Assembly: GCF_018977255.1 (NCBI RefSeq)
Contig: NW_024704742.1
Location: 101,248,001 to 101,312,000, forward strand
From: Callorhinchus milii
Taxonomy: Eukaryota
Direction of reading: 5' to 3'
DNA length: 64,000 nucleotides
Notes under the pieces: generated by a model
The model's input: the letters and a program-made list of their open reading frames with translations, nothing else
Told to the model about the DNA's origin: nothing
Databases searched by the model: none
Program-made: the position numbers and the translations under genes
Shown here: positions 13,890-26,732 of the stretch, in pieces
Layout: each line of letters opens with the position of its first letter
Numbering within the stretch: position 1 is the first letter of the stretch

Positions 13890-14330
13890 CAGAAGTCATT
13901 TGTGGTAAAGCATTATATATTTTTTGTAAAATCATTTGTTTTAACCTCTTCCCCTCCATTTATATTCCGGTAAGAATCATTTATCCTCATTCCGTTTGTT
14001 ACTGACTCGCCAATCAGTGGAAATAGTTTCTCTCTTGTTATACGATGAAGCCTTCTGTTACATTTCCCCTTAACCTCCTCTGCTCCAGTGCAAACAGTGC
14101 CAAATTTTCAAGTTTCTCAACGCAAACAATAATCTTTCATTCCTTGTACCCTTTCCACTAATGCAAAATATTTTCTACAATGAGGTGCCTGAAACTCAAT
14201 GCAATTCCCCTGTAGACAAACCAATTTCTTATATAAATTTAACATTACTTTCTTGCTTTGTATTTAATGCCCCAGTATATAAAACGGAGAATTACATTTC
14301 TGTTTTGATTTTCAAATCTGTCAATCTTTT
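13890..14330 (-). mobile_element. Old CR1-type fragment
   Basis: Reverse-strand CR1-like phrases such as cccttaacctcctctgctccagtgcaaacag and aactcaatgcaattcccctg. Confidence 0.5.
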
Positions 14331-14939
14331 ACTAAAGTCTGGGCAGTGGTGAAAACACACTGCAGCAGAAGCAAATCTGAAGATTTTCATCAGTTCCGTT
14401 ACTGTTCTGTCCAGTGGCCACGGTTATTGTTGCCCGGTTGTTTCATTGTCAATCCATGGGGTATTCACTCCACTGCTGTTTGTGGGACACTGCTGTGCAC
14501 AAAGTGGCTGCTGCATTTCACCCACAAAATACACAGTCCAAATCCACTTTACAGTATATCCTATGAAGCGCTTTGAGATGCCTCAATGACGTGATAAGGC
14601 TCTATAACAAATGCAAGGATTATTATTATTACTGTCTTAATTCAATCGTTAAACTGGTATCACAGGAACATGCCTGAAACCATCTGCTCTGGCATGAGCA
14701 ACAACAACAACAAAAGCAGGAACCAAAATAGCGGCAATAAAAATGGGGCCTTATCATTGTGCTGAAATTGCAGGGAGCGAGTGGCCTGGGGTTGGGGGTT
14801 GAACAGGGATGGATTCCATACTCATGCACGATTTTAGTAAAATATTCAGAATTGATCCAATAATCCTTGGATTTGATATAGTGCCTTTCATGTTGAGAGG
14901 GCATCTCAAAGCACATTGTGATGTTTCTTAATAAACTTC

Positions 14940-15660
14940 ACACATTTTTTTTCATATTTTTAGAGGATTCTTCACCCATTTTGTATTTTTTCCTGTTTTT
15001 AGAAGTTCTGATTCTTTGCATCAGAGAAAGCATGGAATGTGTTTTTTTGTTCAGGGTGTTATTCTTTTGACTAATTTTTTTCTGTTGATTTTGTGCCTGA
15101 GCTTGTGCTCTATTTTTATTGTTTCTTTTCATCAGTACCCACCCCCCCTCCCTCATGTCAGTATTTTTCTGTCAAAAAGTTTTGCTTCTATAAGTTTCCC
15201 CTCCCTTTCACTGCTTATTCGGATTTATCTACATTTTCTTTTAACCGTTGTTAACTCTCTATGAAAATATTATTTTGCTTGCAATATGTTTCTATGAAAG
15301 TATTTTTCCTTCTCAAGATTTTCTCTTCCAATCCATCTGTTTCGTTTGCCCTTTAAAGGCATTTTGTTATTTATAGCTGATATCGTTATCCTGTCAAAAC
15401 TATTTTTTTGCTTCCAAATTTATTTTTAAACTTTTTTTTCCATTTCTCTTTCATTCCTGTCCCAACTAAATATTTTTCTTTCAGAATGTCCCCATCAAGT
15501 ATTTTGTCTATTCCTCTTTTGGTTGTCTCTCTGACAAAACATATTTTGCTTTCAGACTATTTTGTCTTCTTTTCTAGTTCAGTTTCTGCAAGCTTTCTGT
15601 TGAATTTCTTGCCTTATTCATCAATACTATTCTGTTTCTCTGTACCATTTTTTAAAGATT
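14940..15660. repeat. T/C-rich low-complexity tract
   Basis: Strong pyrimidine (T) skew on the plus strand with no clear period. Confidence 0.55.
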
Positions 15661-15757
15661 AATGAAACTCCATCATGCTCCACATACTTCACACTGCCAC
15701 ACACTCCCCATCACATGCTTGCATGCAGTGATCAAATGGTTTATTAAATATTTTAAA

Positions 15758-16660
15758 GCATGTGTCAGCCTGGCTCAGTTAGCAGCACCCACGCCCCCAA
15801 GTCAGAAAGTTGGACGTTCAAACCCAACATTGAAACATAGAACTCTTGTACCTCAGGTGGACATGGCAATTCAATGCTGGGGAACGAGGATGATCCCCAG
15901 TGTTGGAAGAATGAGCTAAGAGCAACAAAGTGGAGCTCTTTGGTCTTAAGAGAAGGCGAATCAGAGAGGCATCATAGAGATGTACAAAATTTTAAACGAG
16001 ATTGAAAAAATAAACCCAGATCAATACTTTAGGATGCAGCAAGACAGTGGAATATGACGACACAGGTTTCGAGTTGTAAATGGTAATTTCAGACAGACAT
16101 CAGGAAGTTTTTCTTTACGCAGAGCAGGAAAAAAACCAAAATTAATTACCAGGAAAAGTGATAAAGGCCAGGACACTGGAGTCATTTAAAAAAACAGCTT
16201 GACACAGTGATGGGGGGATGGTAAGGTGGGTTTTCAAAAGGGATGAGATTCCATGGCCCAAAGGTCTTCTTCATCCAGACTAATCTTGTGATCTTGTAAT
16301 CTTGTGATCTTGTAACCTTGTGATCTTGTGAGTGGCTGCATTGTTGGAGGTGCTCTCCTTCAGATAAGACATTAAACCTGTCTGTTTGTTCAGGTGAACA
16401 TTAAAGATTCTATAGCACGATTCAAAAGGAAAAGGGAATTTCTCTCAGTTGCAAAAGAGAAGTGAGTTTCTCCCAATGTCCTGGCTAACAATGTCCCAGA
16501 TAAAATTATTTATTCACTTCATGGCTGTTCGTGGCATATATTTCCACCTAGAAATACACAGTCACTACAGTTTACAGTAACATCCTGTGAACCACTATGA
16601 GATGCTTTAACAATGCGATCAGGCACTATATCAAATGCAAGGATTATTTATTATATAATA
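15758..16660 (+). mobile_element. Deu-domain SINE interrupted by a CR1 3' end (about 15883-16330)
   Basis: SINE head ends ...atgctgggga, then CR1 (EMYKILNEIEK; tail (atcttgtg)n), then the SINE resumes at gtggctgcattgttggaggtgc and runs to the (att)n tail. Confidence 0.8.
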
Positions 16661-17269
16661 CCTAATTACATCATCAAAACATCTCAAAATGCTTCACAAG
16701 TATTACTGTAAAATATAATAATGTGGATTTGTAAGAGAAACATAACAGCCAATTTACGCATTGCGATATCAAACAAACAACAACAACAACAAAATTGCAT
16801 TTGTATGCGCCTTTCACATTGGGAGATGTCCCAAGGCACTGGACAGTCAGTATTTTAGACCCGAGCTGAGGGTGTAGGGCAGGGGGAGACGGAGAGTAAT
16901 CGAAAGCACAGTCAAAGAGGAGGGTCTTGAGATGGGTCTTCAAGGAGACAAGGGAAGGAGTGTGGCGGAGGGACTGTTGGATGGAGTTCCAGAGGGTGGG
17001 GGCAGAGTGGGTGAAGGCTCGCCCGCCAATGGTGCAGGGGACATGAAGCAGGCCGGAGTCCGCTGAGCCAAAGGAGCAGGCGGGTTGGCAGCGGTTTAAG
17101 AGGTCGCAGATGTACGGGGGAGCAAGGCCAATCAGGGCTTTGAATATGAGGACCAGGATCTTGAACTATAATAATAATAATAATCCTTGCATTTGATATG
17201 GCGCTTTTCATGTCTTCTCGACGTCTCAAAGTGCTTCACAGAGCAGACTGTAAAGTGAATCGACTGTAT

Positions 17270-18561
17270 GTCAAAATGTATGGAACTCACTACCCCAACA
17301 ACAACAACAACAAGATTCCATTTATTGAGCGCCTTTCACATCGGGAGGACGTCCCAAGGCGCTGTACAGTTGGGTCAGGACCCGAGCAGGGGGGAAATGG
17401 TCAGGGGGAGGGAAGGGAGGGAGTGAGGAGGGGGTAGAGAGTCGAGAGGGGAGCTGAAGGCACGGTCAAAGAGAAAGGTCTTGAGACCGGCCTTGAAGGA
17501 GGAGAGGGAGGAAGCAAGGCGAAGGCACTGGGGGATAGAGTTCCAGAGCCTAGGGGTTGAGAGGCTGAAGGCCCGGCCACCGATGGTAGGGCGGTTGGGG
17601 CGGGGGATGTGGAGCAGACCGGAGCCAGAGGAACGGAGGGTACGGGCAGGTAGGTAGGGGGATAGTAGGTCAGAGAGGTAGGAGGGAGCAAGGCCGTGAA
17701 TGGCCTTGTAGGTGAGGATGAGGATCTTGAATTCGATCCTCTGGGGGATGGGGAGCCAGTGGAGGCGAGCGAGGGTGGGAGTGATGTGGTCGCGAAGCCT
17801 GGTGCGGGACAGTACACGAGCTGCAGAGTTCTGAATGACCTGCAGCTTGTGGAGGGAGGTGGCGGGAAGGCCGGCGAGGAGAGAGTTCCCATAGTCCAGC
17901 CTTGAGGTGATAAAGGCGTGGACCAGTTTCAGCAGCGTGAGGGGTGAGGTAGTGCCATAGTCTGGCGACATTCCGGAGGTGATGGAAGGCGGTGCCAGTT
18001 GTGGTGCGGATATGAGGGAGAAAGGACAGCTCAGGGTCGAACAGAACCCCGAGGTTCCTGACCGGCTTTGAGAGGTGGAGAGTGCAGCCTTGGATGCTGA
18101 TGCTGTCAGCACCTGAGGTGCGGAGGCGCTGATGTGAGCCAATCAGGAGGGCCTCAGTTTTGCGCACGTTGAGCTGGAGAAAGTTATCTCTCGTCCAGGA
18201 CTCGATGTCGGACAGGCAGCTGTCAGGACATCGGTGGTCGTGGAGTTGAGGGTAGACGAGGAAAGGTAGAGTTGGGTGTCATCTGCATACATGTGGAAGT
18301 TAACCCCATGTCTGCGGATGATGTCACCAAGGGGGAGCATATAGAAGGTGAAGAGGAGGGGACCCAAAGGGCTGTTGATGCTCAGTCCTTGAACATATTC
18401 AAGACTGAGATAGATAGATTTCTTATTGCAAAAGGGATTAAAAGATATGGGGATAAGGCAGGGTTAGGTTATTAGCTGGAGTTAGATTGGAAGATCAGCC
18501 ATGATTGAATGGCAGGGCAGGCTCGAAGGTCTGAATGGCCTACTCCTGATCCTACATGTTG
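17270..18561 (+). mobile_element. CR1 3' end split into 17270-17298 and 18365-18561
   Basis: tggaactcactacccc|aaagggctgttgatgctcag...ttcaagactgagatagatagattt reads [24 protein letters not shown], followed by the gaatggcctactcctg tail. Confidence 0.8.
17299..18364 (-). mobile_element. Young L2 copy, 5'-truncated (1.07 kb)
   Basis: [27 protein letters not shown] through FKAGLKTFLF. CpG-rich, (ttg)n tail, highly similar to 53322-54466 and 41926-42330. Confidence 0.95.
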
Positions 18562-20119
18562 TGTATATTTATGGGTGAAACACAGCAACAATGTGCACAG
18601 CAGTGTCCCACAAACAGTCGTGGATTGAAAATGATCAATTTATTATTTTATTTTTTTTTGGAAGGATTATTATCAGGCGTGTGGAGTAAGGAAATTTGCC
18701 CAAGGTTTCACCCTTCCTGGAATTGAACCCAGGTATCTTGCTTGCAAGGCGAGTGCTTTAACCACTGAGCTACAGGACTCCACAATCCTCTGTATTCTCT
18801 GTGCGATGGGAAGCCAGTGGAGTCGGACGAGAATGGGGTTGATAGGGTCAAGGAGCCTGGTGTGGGGGGAGGGGGTGCATGGGCTGCAGAGTTCTGGATA
18901 ATCTGCAGCCTATGGAGGGAGGAAACAGCAATGAAGTGAATGACCAATGGCAAATGGAACGTAAGAATATGAAATAGTGGTTCACTGATACCACACTTGG
19001 GTTTTAAAAGCCGGTCAATTGTACGAGAAAGGAAAGACGTGGGAGGTAGAGATATCCACAATTTTGAAGTACTAGAACAGACTGAGTTGGAAGCAGTTGA
19101 TGTGACCTAATCATTGGGTAGAATAGTTTAACATAACATTTTAGAGAGTTCAAATGTAAAATTCCTAAATACAGCCTTTACTTTTAAAGCTGCTGTGTTG
19201 CAAGTTATTTTAAGAAACTACAGAAAACTTCAAAGTTAAAACTGAATGCAACCATTTGCCAAGGTCTGCACAATCTGAAATGCTATGTTTAATGGAGTAA
19301 ATCCAGAGCTGGGTGGAATTTTACCTACACGGTTTTAAGTGTTTTCACAAAAAAATACATCAGTGTAAAAAATACAATGACTGAACATTGCAATCCAAAA
19401 CAGTCTGTAATTATCAAACCCTCTGAGACTTTGGCACAGTGTCTGAAACAGCTGGTGGTTGCCATTGATGTTGTTGCCTGAATAGTACATTGGTTAAGTG
19501 CAATTGTACGGATAACTCTAAGTTAACTAAGACTATGTTCGTCTTCACATCAGATGAAGCACTTCCCTACAGGCGGCAACAACAATGATGATCACCAGCA
19601 GCTTTGGGTCAAAACAGAATGTTGAAGTCATGGTAGTGAGGTGTCCACACTCAAACAATAATTAAAGACCATTTCAGACAAATACGTTCATTGCCGGGGT
19701 AATTTATAATTACCTCATTATGTATCACATTTTGAACCCCATCTATTTGAAATACTTTTTGATAAAGACCATTCAGATTCATCCCAGCAGCTCAGCAAAA
19801 TCTTAATGAACAATATGAACAGTCCTCACTACGGGTCAATTTGACCTTTTTTATTATTATTATCCTTGCATTTGATATAGTGCTTTTCACGTCTTCTAGA
19901 CGTCTCAAAGCACTTCACAGAATATACTGTAAAGTGAATTGACTTTCTTGACTGACAAACAGACATCTCCACTGCATCCACTCAGCAAACTGCAAGTGTC
20001 TCCTGCAGCTCGACTTTAGTCTTCACTATTGGGAAGCTTTGGTGCTAGCAGCATTAAAGAGAACCAACCAGCCAGACCACCGACTGGAGGAATCAAGTTA
20101 AGACATTCCATATAAATAA

Positions 20120-20335
20120 GTAAAGTATCCTTACATTTGTTATAGCACACCAGGAGGGTCTCAAAGTACTTCACACACAGGAGATAGCGTAAAGGAGAGA
20201 GACTGTAAGCAAACACAGCAGCCAATATTTACACAGCAAAGTCCCACAAACAGCCAGGAAGTGAATAATCAATTTTATATGGGGAATTGTTGGCCAGCAC
20301 ATTAGGAGAAACTCCCATTTGTTTTCAAATAGCAA
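20120..20335 (-). mobile_element. Deu-domain SINE 3' fragment
   Basis: cagccaatatttacacagcaaagtcccacaaacagcc...tggccagcacattaggagaaactcc. Confidence 0.6.
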
Positions 20336-21214
20336 CACAGCAAAGCAGTAAACACAGCAGCTACAGCACTAACAGTTTGTTTCACATTAATGAGACCAGA
20401 TTAGGGTTAATAGCTTCAGTTGCACTCACATTATAGGTGACTTTCAAGTCACATTGTGCCTGGGGTCTTACAAACCAGAAGTGTATCCTTCCTTGATGGG
20501 TTTGAATAAGCAAAGATTCATTTGATTCCGTACAGCTAGTTGTTGGAATGAATATTAAATCAATTTATTCCACATGTAAAAATTTTAGCCAATCCATCAT
20601 GTACTGGATGCCGAATCAACCATGAAACAGCAATTCACTGAACCCATTCAATGATCTCAAAAAAAACCCAAGCTGATAGATCCAAAATAGAACAAAAACA
20701 TATTTTAGACAGAACACAGTTTCAATTTTATTCAATGGGGAACATCAGCATTTGAAATCATATAATAGCATGTATTAACTCCAATATAAATTTTATGTGA
20801 TTCATTTTCGTTCACCCCCTTTGTGGGATTGTCTCAGGTTTTTGTTTACACAGCTCTCTGTTTGTGTCCAGAGGATTTCTATTTCAGTGGAACACCAGTG
20901 ATGCAGGGTGAGGGATTCCCATCACAGTGAATCTGTTGGTGACAATGGGCTGTCCACCTCTTTCCCATGTGCATGCTGGATGAGATAGAACTTGATAAGG
21001 GAAAAGTTGAAAGAGACCTAGGGCTATTAGTAGGTAACTTTAGGCATGCCATGAAGAAGGATATGAGAGCAATGGTTCAGGGTTGTGAAAGGCAATATTT
21101 TGACAGACATTAAGAAAAATTTCTTTACATAGCGGATAATTAACAGCTGATTACCAGATAGTTTGAAGGAGCCTGTGTCATTTGACTCATTTGCGAAATA
21201 GCTTAATAATATTA

Positions 21215-21510
21215 ATAATACTTTTATTTGATTTAGCACCTTAATATGTCAGCGAGATGTCTCGGNAAAAAAACTATGCAGAATACATGTTAAAATATTT
21301 ATACAGTGTATTTTGTGGGTGAACATGGCAGCCAAATTGTGCACAACAGTGTCTCACAGCCATGGAGTGACTGACTAATTTTATTTATGAGATTGTTAGC
21401 CAGGACACCAGGAGAAACTCTCTTCTCTTTTCAAATGGTGCCATGGGATCTTCAATGTCCCCCTAAACAGGCAGATGGGAACTTGGTTTAACGGCATCTC
21501 CTACACCCCA
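21215..21510 (-). mobile_element. Deu-domain SINE fragment, preceded by a plus-strand CR1 remnant at about 21030-21210
   Basis: gccaggacaccaggagaaactc...gtgccatgggatcttcaatgtcc...aacaggcagatggg. Contains the ambiguous base n at 21266. Confidence 0.65.
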
Positions 21511-22724
21511 CCCTGAGATAGTACTTCACCCTATATCAAACTGTAAAAGGGATCTATAACTCAGGACTTAAAAAACAACAACAAAGGAAACAAAAAATGT
21601 AATGACGCAGCATTTATGTTGGGATACTGTTTCCATTGGAACATGAATCCAACAAATGTTAGCCTCTAAAATTCATTACAAAATGCTGCACACTTGTCAA
21701 ATACAATATTGATACAGCTCTTTATGGAAGCCGTTAATGCTCTGTTGGTTGACTTCTTAAAAAAGATGTTTGGTTTGGATGGATTGAAGATTACAGGAAC
21801 AACATTTGACAGATATCATCAAAATTCTCCAATGACCATTTGGAGGAATACATGTTGCTGGATAAGAATCATTTAAGGGACCCACAGCTGTATTTCTATT
21901 TGCACTCAGATGACTGAAAGATCCCGTGATACCATGATAAGGGACTTTCTCCCTGTGATCTTGGTCAACAATCTTCCAGATTTATGAACGATTTACATCA
22001 TTGTTATCTGTCAGATCTTTGTGGTGCAAGTGACTTACCTACAAAAACGTCACTACACTCAACAGCAGTTATTTGTGAAGTACTTTGAGACATTTCAATG
22101 TTTTAAGGCACAATAAGAATGCAAGTTTTTAATTATGCAGAAATTTATTGATCTGTATAATGCTTACGAAAGGTCATTATTGCCCTACAAATACATCACC
22201 ACACTTTGCAGAAAAATCTCTATGATCCACTTTGAGCCTTTTCAATGTGATAAAGAGCTATGTCAAATGCAAGGATTACTATTATTACATTTACAGATGG
22301 CAATCTGGTGCAATGATACTGGGGTGTGGATGGTTTCTTATATAGACACATAAATTCTCCTGATTTATCAGAAGTCCACAAATAACTGGGTTGAATAGAC
22401 TTTAGAATATTTACCTTAATGTTTCCAAGAACGTTTCCAGCAATGAATAAAGGAAATATATTTCATTTTACTGACACAAATTCAGAAAAGTTTCAAGTAC
22501 ATTATCTTGTTCCACTGCTCTGATAGTGAATGGGCCTTAATCTAATGCACAAAAGATTCCAAGGCATTTTTTATTGGTTGTCTGTTATCTGGTGAAATAG
22601 CACTCGATTTGTTTTTGCTTCAGATCCTCTCAACTGAATTTAGAGTGAAGTGTATAAAATACATTCAACTGAGATTTAGGAAAAACTGCTATTGTTTTGC
22701 ATCACTATTAACCAACAAGTTCCT

Positions 22725-23225
22725 CCCATTTGCTTCTCTCCTGAAGGTCTTGACTCTTTCCTGGACTCTGATTCCATAGGAAATTCTCCAGTGTCTTGCC
22801 AATGTATCAATTCTTCATGTCTGAGTCTTGATAGTTGTGCAGGTATTTGACTGCCAGTAATGGGAAATCACAATGGAACTCAATTCTGTCCTTACTATAT
22901 TGTTCACAATTGTTACAGAAGTTAATGTATTGTGATCAGGAGTAGGAATTCTCTTCTCCTTAATCCTTAATTAGATAATTATTTGGGGAGGACAAGTTTG
23001 CAGGGTTATGGAGAGCGCAGGGGAATGAGATTGATTTGGATAGCTCTTTTCAAAGAGCCGGCACAGATACGATGGGCCGAATGGGCTCCTTCTGTGCTGT
23101 ATAATTCTATGATTCTATGATAGTTCAAGGGCACTAATACCAGTGACATAGTCTCGACCAGAGTCCCAGCTAAAATCAGCTAGCTAACTAACACCTGGCT
23201 GTGATTCAAACTTGAAACACTTTCG
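22725..23225 (-). mobile_element. Third SINE-like family copy interrupted by a CR1 3' end (about 22965-23120, plus)
   Basis: Shares gatcaggag(t/c)a.gaa and cagct...atcagcta motifs with 41470-42540 and 1800-1915. The inserted piece ends gggccgaatgggctccttctgtgctgtataattctatgattctatga. Confidence 0.6.
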
Positions 23226-23619
23226 AATTTAGAAATTCCACTTGGTCTTAGCCTGTTAAGACAATTTTGGCTTCAAATTTAAGATCACTCGGAATTGTAC
23301 CAAATTCCTCAATTCAGTCTTGATTTGGAAACTAGCGGTTTGCAATTATTAAACGGAATTTACAATTTTGTGCTATCTCAAATTTTAAAACAAAATAGTC
23401 CTAAAGATTAAATTTGGGGCTAGTCTGCGCTAGTTCTATATTGCTCAGTTATAAATTGGGTGTTGACTTTAGCAACTCAGTCATCAGGACAGCAGTGGAT
23501 TCTATTTGATTTTGTGGTGGGAAAATCAAACATTATTTATATTTCGGTTAAAGGAAAACGTCCCTTTTGTTCTGTATCCTTCAGATATAAAGCTGCAGGT
23601 ATATACTTCTATACAAAGT

Positions 23620-23875
23620 TATGTTTAAACTGTGTAGAATCAGGCAATTTAATTGAATAAAGAGAGAGTTTCTCATAGTGTCCTGGCTAACATTTCCCCG
23701 GATACAAAATTGATCATTTACTTCATGGCTGTTTTGTGGGACAACGCTGTGTGCAAATTGACTGCTGAGTCCACCTATAAAATACACATCCAGTGCACTC
23801 TACACTAAATCTTTTGAGATGTTTTCAAGACATAATAATAAGTTTGCTTTATCAAATGCAGTGATTATTTTTATC
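23620..23875 (+). mobile_element. Deu-domain SINE 3' half
   Basis: gtgtcctggctaaca...tgtgtgcaaattgactgctg...atcaaatgca tail. Confidence 0.65.
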
Positions 23876-24919
23876 AGAAAATAATATCCATCAAGAAAAA
23901 ATATCCACAATATAGCAATATATTGGTGGGGTGAGGACAGCTCTGATATATTGTGAAATGTAAAAAAAGAATCCCTTTAGCAATTGTATTTTGACCTTTC
24001 AACTCGATTTGACATCACCCCAGACTGAGGAGATCAATTGTCTGTAAGGAACCTACGAGAATATAGTTTAGGAAATTTCAACCCAGTACCCAATGGCCTT
24101 GGAGTCACAAGACAAAACTACTAGATTGTCAATATCGCCCATTGGCAGGTCATGGCAGGAAATTGAAATAGGAGGGTGTTTTTCTGTGATTGGGGATGAA
24201 ACATATCGTTGGGGTACAGTTGACAAGAGCTTCATTCTGCATCTAACTGTACAGCACCTGAGCATTTGGTGCTAACCCTGGGTGCTAGGAATCAGATGAT
24301 TGTACATCCTTCACCTCAGTGAGAAAGAAACTCTGTTTTTTTAATTAAAATAGAGCAATAATCTCCATGGAATGATGAGTTTAGTGCACTTTAATGCTCT
24401 TGCAATGGGATTTCCCATTATCCACACATCAAAGTGTTATTACAGTTTGCTGAATTTCCTGCCATGTGGAACATCCACTTCCATGTGCTTAGACAGCTTC
24501 ATCATCCTGAATGAGGGTTAACAGCATGTGGAGTCAAAGATGTTTTTCAGTGCTACTATGTCATTTCACATCATATCTAAGTACAATCAGTAATTCTCCA
24601 TTTACAGTAGCTGACAGGCTAACAAACATCTTAAAGGATAGACGCTTTCTTGGTCATTTTCCAAAAGTCAGATGAAAGTAAAAGAGAATCCCTCCTATTT
24701 CAGAGCATTGCATAGCACACCATTTTCATACACTATACCTCAGTAGTGCACAAGTATTCCCGAAAGACTAATTTGTTTTCAATAATGAGGTGAAAATGGA
24801 GCCTGTCAATAACTAAAGACATTAATTGAACTGTGGGAGTGATGCCTCCCAATTCTGTAACAATGGTTGGATCCAAGCCAGACCTTGGTACCCATCGCAT
24901 TTCCATCTACAGATGGATT

Positions 24920-25310
24920 TGAATAATAAATAATCCTTACATTTGCTATGGTACTTTACCAAACTGTCGGAACATCTCAAAGCTCTTCCCAAGTTTTGTT
25001 TTAAAGTGTAGGGACTATGTATTCAAGTAATAATAATAATCTTTACATTTCATACAGCACCATTCAAGTTGGGAGGATATCCCAAAGCATGTCACAGGAT
25101 ATACTGTAAAATGCATTGACAGTGTTTTTTGTAAGTGAAAAGTAGCAGCCAATTTGCACACAGCAATGTCCCACAGATAGTCATGGCATGAATGACCATG
25201 TTTTTTTCATTTGGGAGACTGTTGGTCAGGATCGCGGAAGAAACTCCTTCCTCTTTTCGAAGAGTGCCACAGAATCTTTATCGTCAACCTAAACAGGCAG
25301 ATCGGGCTTC
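24920..25310 (-). mobile_element. Deu-domain SINE fragments with two tails
   Basis: Two (aat)n tails, then gcagccaatttgcacacagcaatgtcccaca. Confidence 0.65.
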
Positions 25311-25657
25311 ATAGGCAAATGAGCAGGATATTACCTTTACTGAACAAAAACAAATTTTCCCCTCTAACTCACAATCCAGTGTGCACTGCAGGCCAGCTTC
25401 AGGCCCAACCATTGTGGTGGAGTTGGGGGAGACGAAAGGCAGTAGCTGTTCGAATCAATTTCAAGATAACATTTTCAATGGTATGTTAATTATTACATCA
25501 CAGTTTTCAACCTTTACCCAAATAACTCTTCAGTACAAATTTAGTGGGTTGGACATCCAATAAAACATCCACATGAGAATTTCCTTTTCTTTCCCTTACA
25601 AAGACAAAGATACTATCAATACAATTTGCATTACATTTATTTATGCTGGGAGGACTC

Positions 25658-26022
25658 ACACTCGTGTTCAAATCCCTTCACTCTTTGGCACCTCCCTACT
25701 TCTCCGACCGCCTCACTCTCCAAACCACCACCCAGCGCCTCCGCTCGACTGGCATCGGCCTCCTGCTCATCCCTCGCACCCTCTGCCCCACCATCAGAGG
25801 TCACACTTTCAGCCACTATGCCCTGAATCTCTGGAACACTCTCCCTCAATCCGCCTTGCCCCCTGTCGCCCCTTTTCAAGTTCAACCTGAAAACTTTCCT
25901 CTTTGGCCATGCTTACGGCCACCTCCCCCCTACCCGGGTCGGATTCAGGCTCCACCACTATTAAGTACTCTGAGACACTACCCTGCATGGAGGGCACTAT
26001 ATAAGTGCAAGTTGTTGTTGTT
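25658..26022 (+). mobile_element. L2 (second family, ccctgcatggagggcac tail) 3' end
   Basis: TLVFKSLHSLAPPYFSD...LWNTLPQS, then (ttg)n. Confidence 0.88.
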
Positions 26023-26029
26023 GGGTACG

Positions 26030-26402
26030 TCTCAAAGCGATGTTGGCTGGGCACCGGAGCTGGGGTGGAAATCAAAGGGGGAATGCAGGAAAAAGACAAC
26101 CAAGGGCATGGTAAAAGAGGTACATGTTGAGTTTGTCCTTGAATAGATGAGGGAGAGAGTGAGTCAGAAGGACTCCAAAATGGAATTGCAAAGTGGTGGC
26201 AGCAAAGCTGAAAGCTCACCCACTGATGGTGGTGTGGATTGGGCGGGGGATGAAGCAGGCCAGTGTTCCCTGTGTGAAGAGAGCAGCTAGAATGGTAGGG
26301 TTGAAGGAGGTCACGGATGTAGGATGGGGCTTGAGGGATTTGAAGGTGAGAGCAAGGATCTTGAATTCAATTTGCTGGAGGTTGGGGAGCCAATGGAGCC
26401 AA
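26030..26402 (-). mobile_element. Degenerate L2 3' end, tail-to-tail with the previous copy
   Basis: Reverse strand encodes LHWLP..QQIEFKILALTFKSL. Confidence 0.75.
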
Positions 26403-26732
26403 GAATGATAGGCTCACAGAACTAACATCAAGCAGAAGATAGTCATAAAGATGTAAAAGCCAAAAAGGAATGTAGTAACTATGGCAATGGATAGAATACA
26501 AAGTAAAGTACATTTCCAGACCACAATAATAGATTATACTCTGAGCCTTGAATGTTTTAGATTCTTTTTGCCTCATGATTATTGTCTGTAATTGAAAATA
26601 GTTTTTATAATCCTTGTATTTGAAAATAGTTTTCAAAGGAATATTTAGACTGCATCCAAACTAATGCTGTGAAGCTATTGAGGTGGCAGTAGAGCAAGTT
26701 AAATGACTCATCTAATTATTGCTTTGATAGAC

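Larger units (their letters stand above)
17168..18781 (-). mobile_element. tRNA-Ala SINE split into tail 17168-17269 and head/body 18562-18781
   Basis: The two pieces join at tgtat to reproduce the intact copy at 36051-36378. Confidence 0.85.
16776..18922 (-). mobile_element. Older L2 3' fragment split into 16776-17170 and 18790-18922
   Basis: The left piece ends aggatcttgaactata and the right piece starts ctgtattctctgtgcgatggg. These are contiguous in other L2 copies (compare 59600-59635). Confidence 0.8.

Noticed and set aside
14938..15662. Hydrophobic or Lys-rich ORFs
   Set aside because: Artefacts of T-rich low complexity.
16283..16331. (atcttgtg)n tandem array as a CRISPR-like or regulatory repeat
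   Set aside because: It is the 8-bp terminal repeat of a CR1 3' end and has no spacers.
21266..21266. Ambiguous base n
   Set aside because: Assembly artefact within a SINE tail with no biological meaning, though local continuity there is slightly uncertain.
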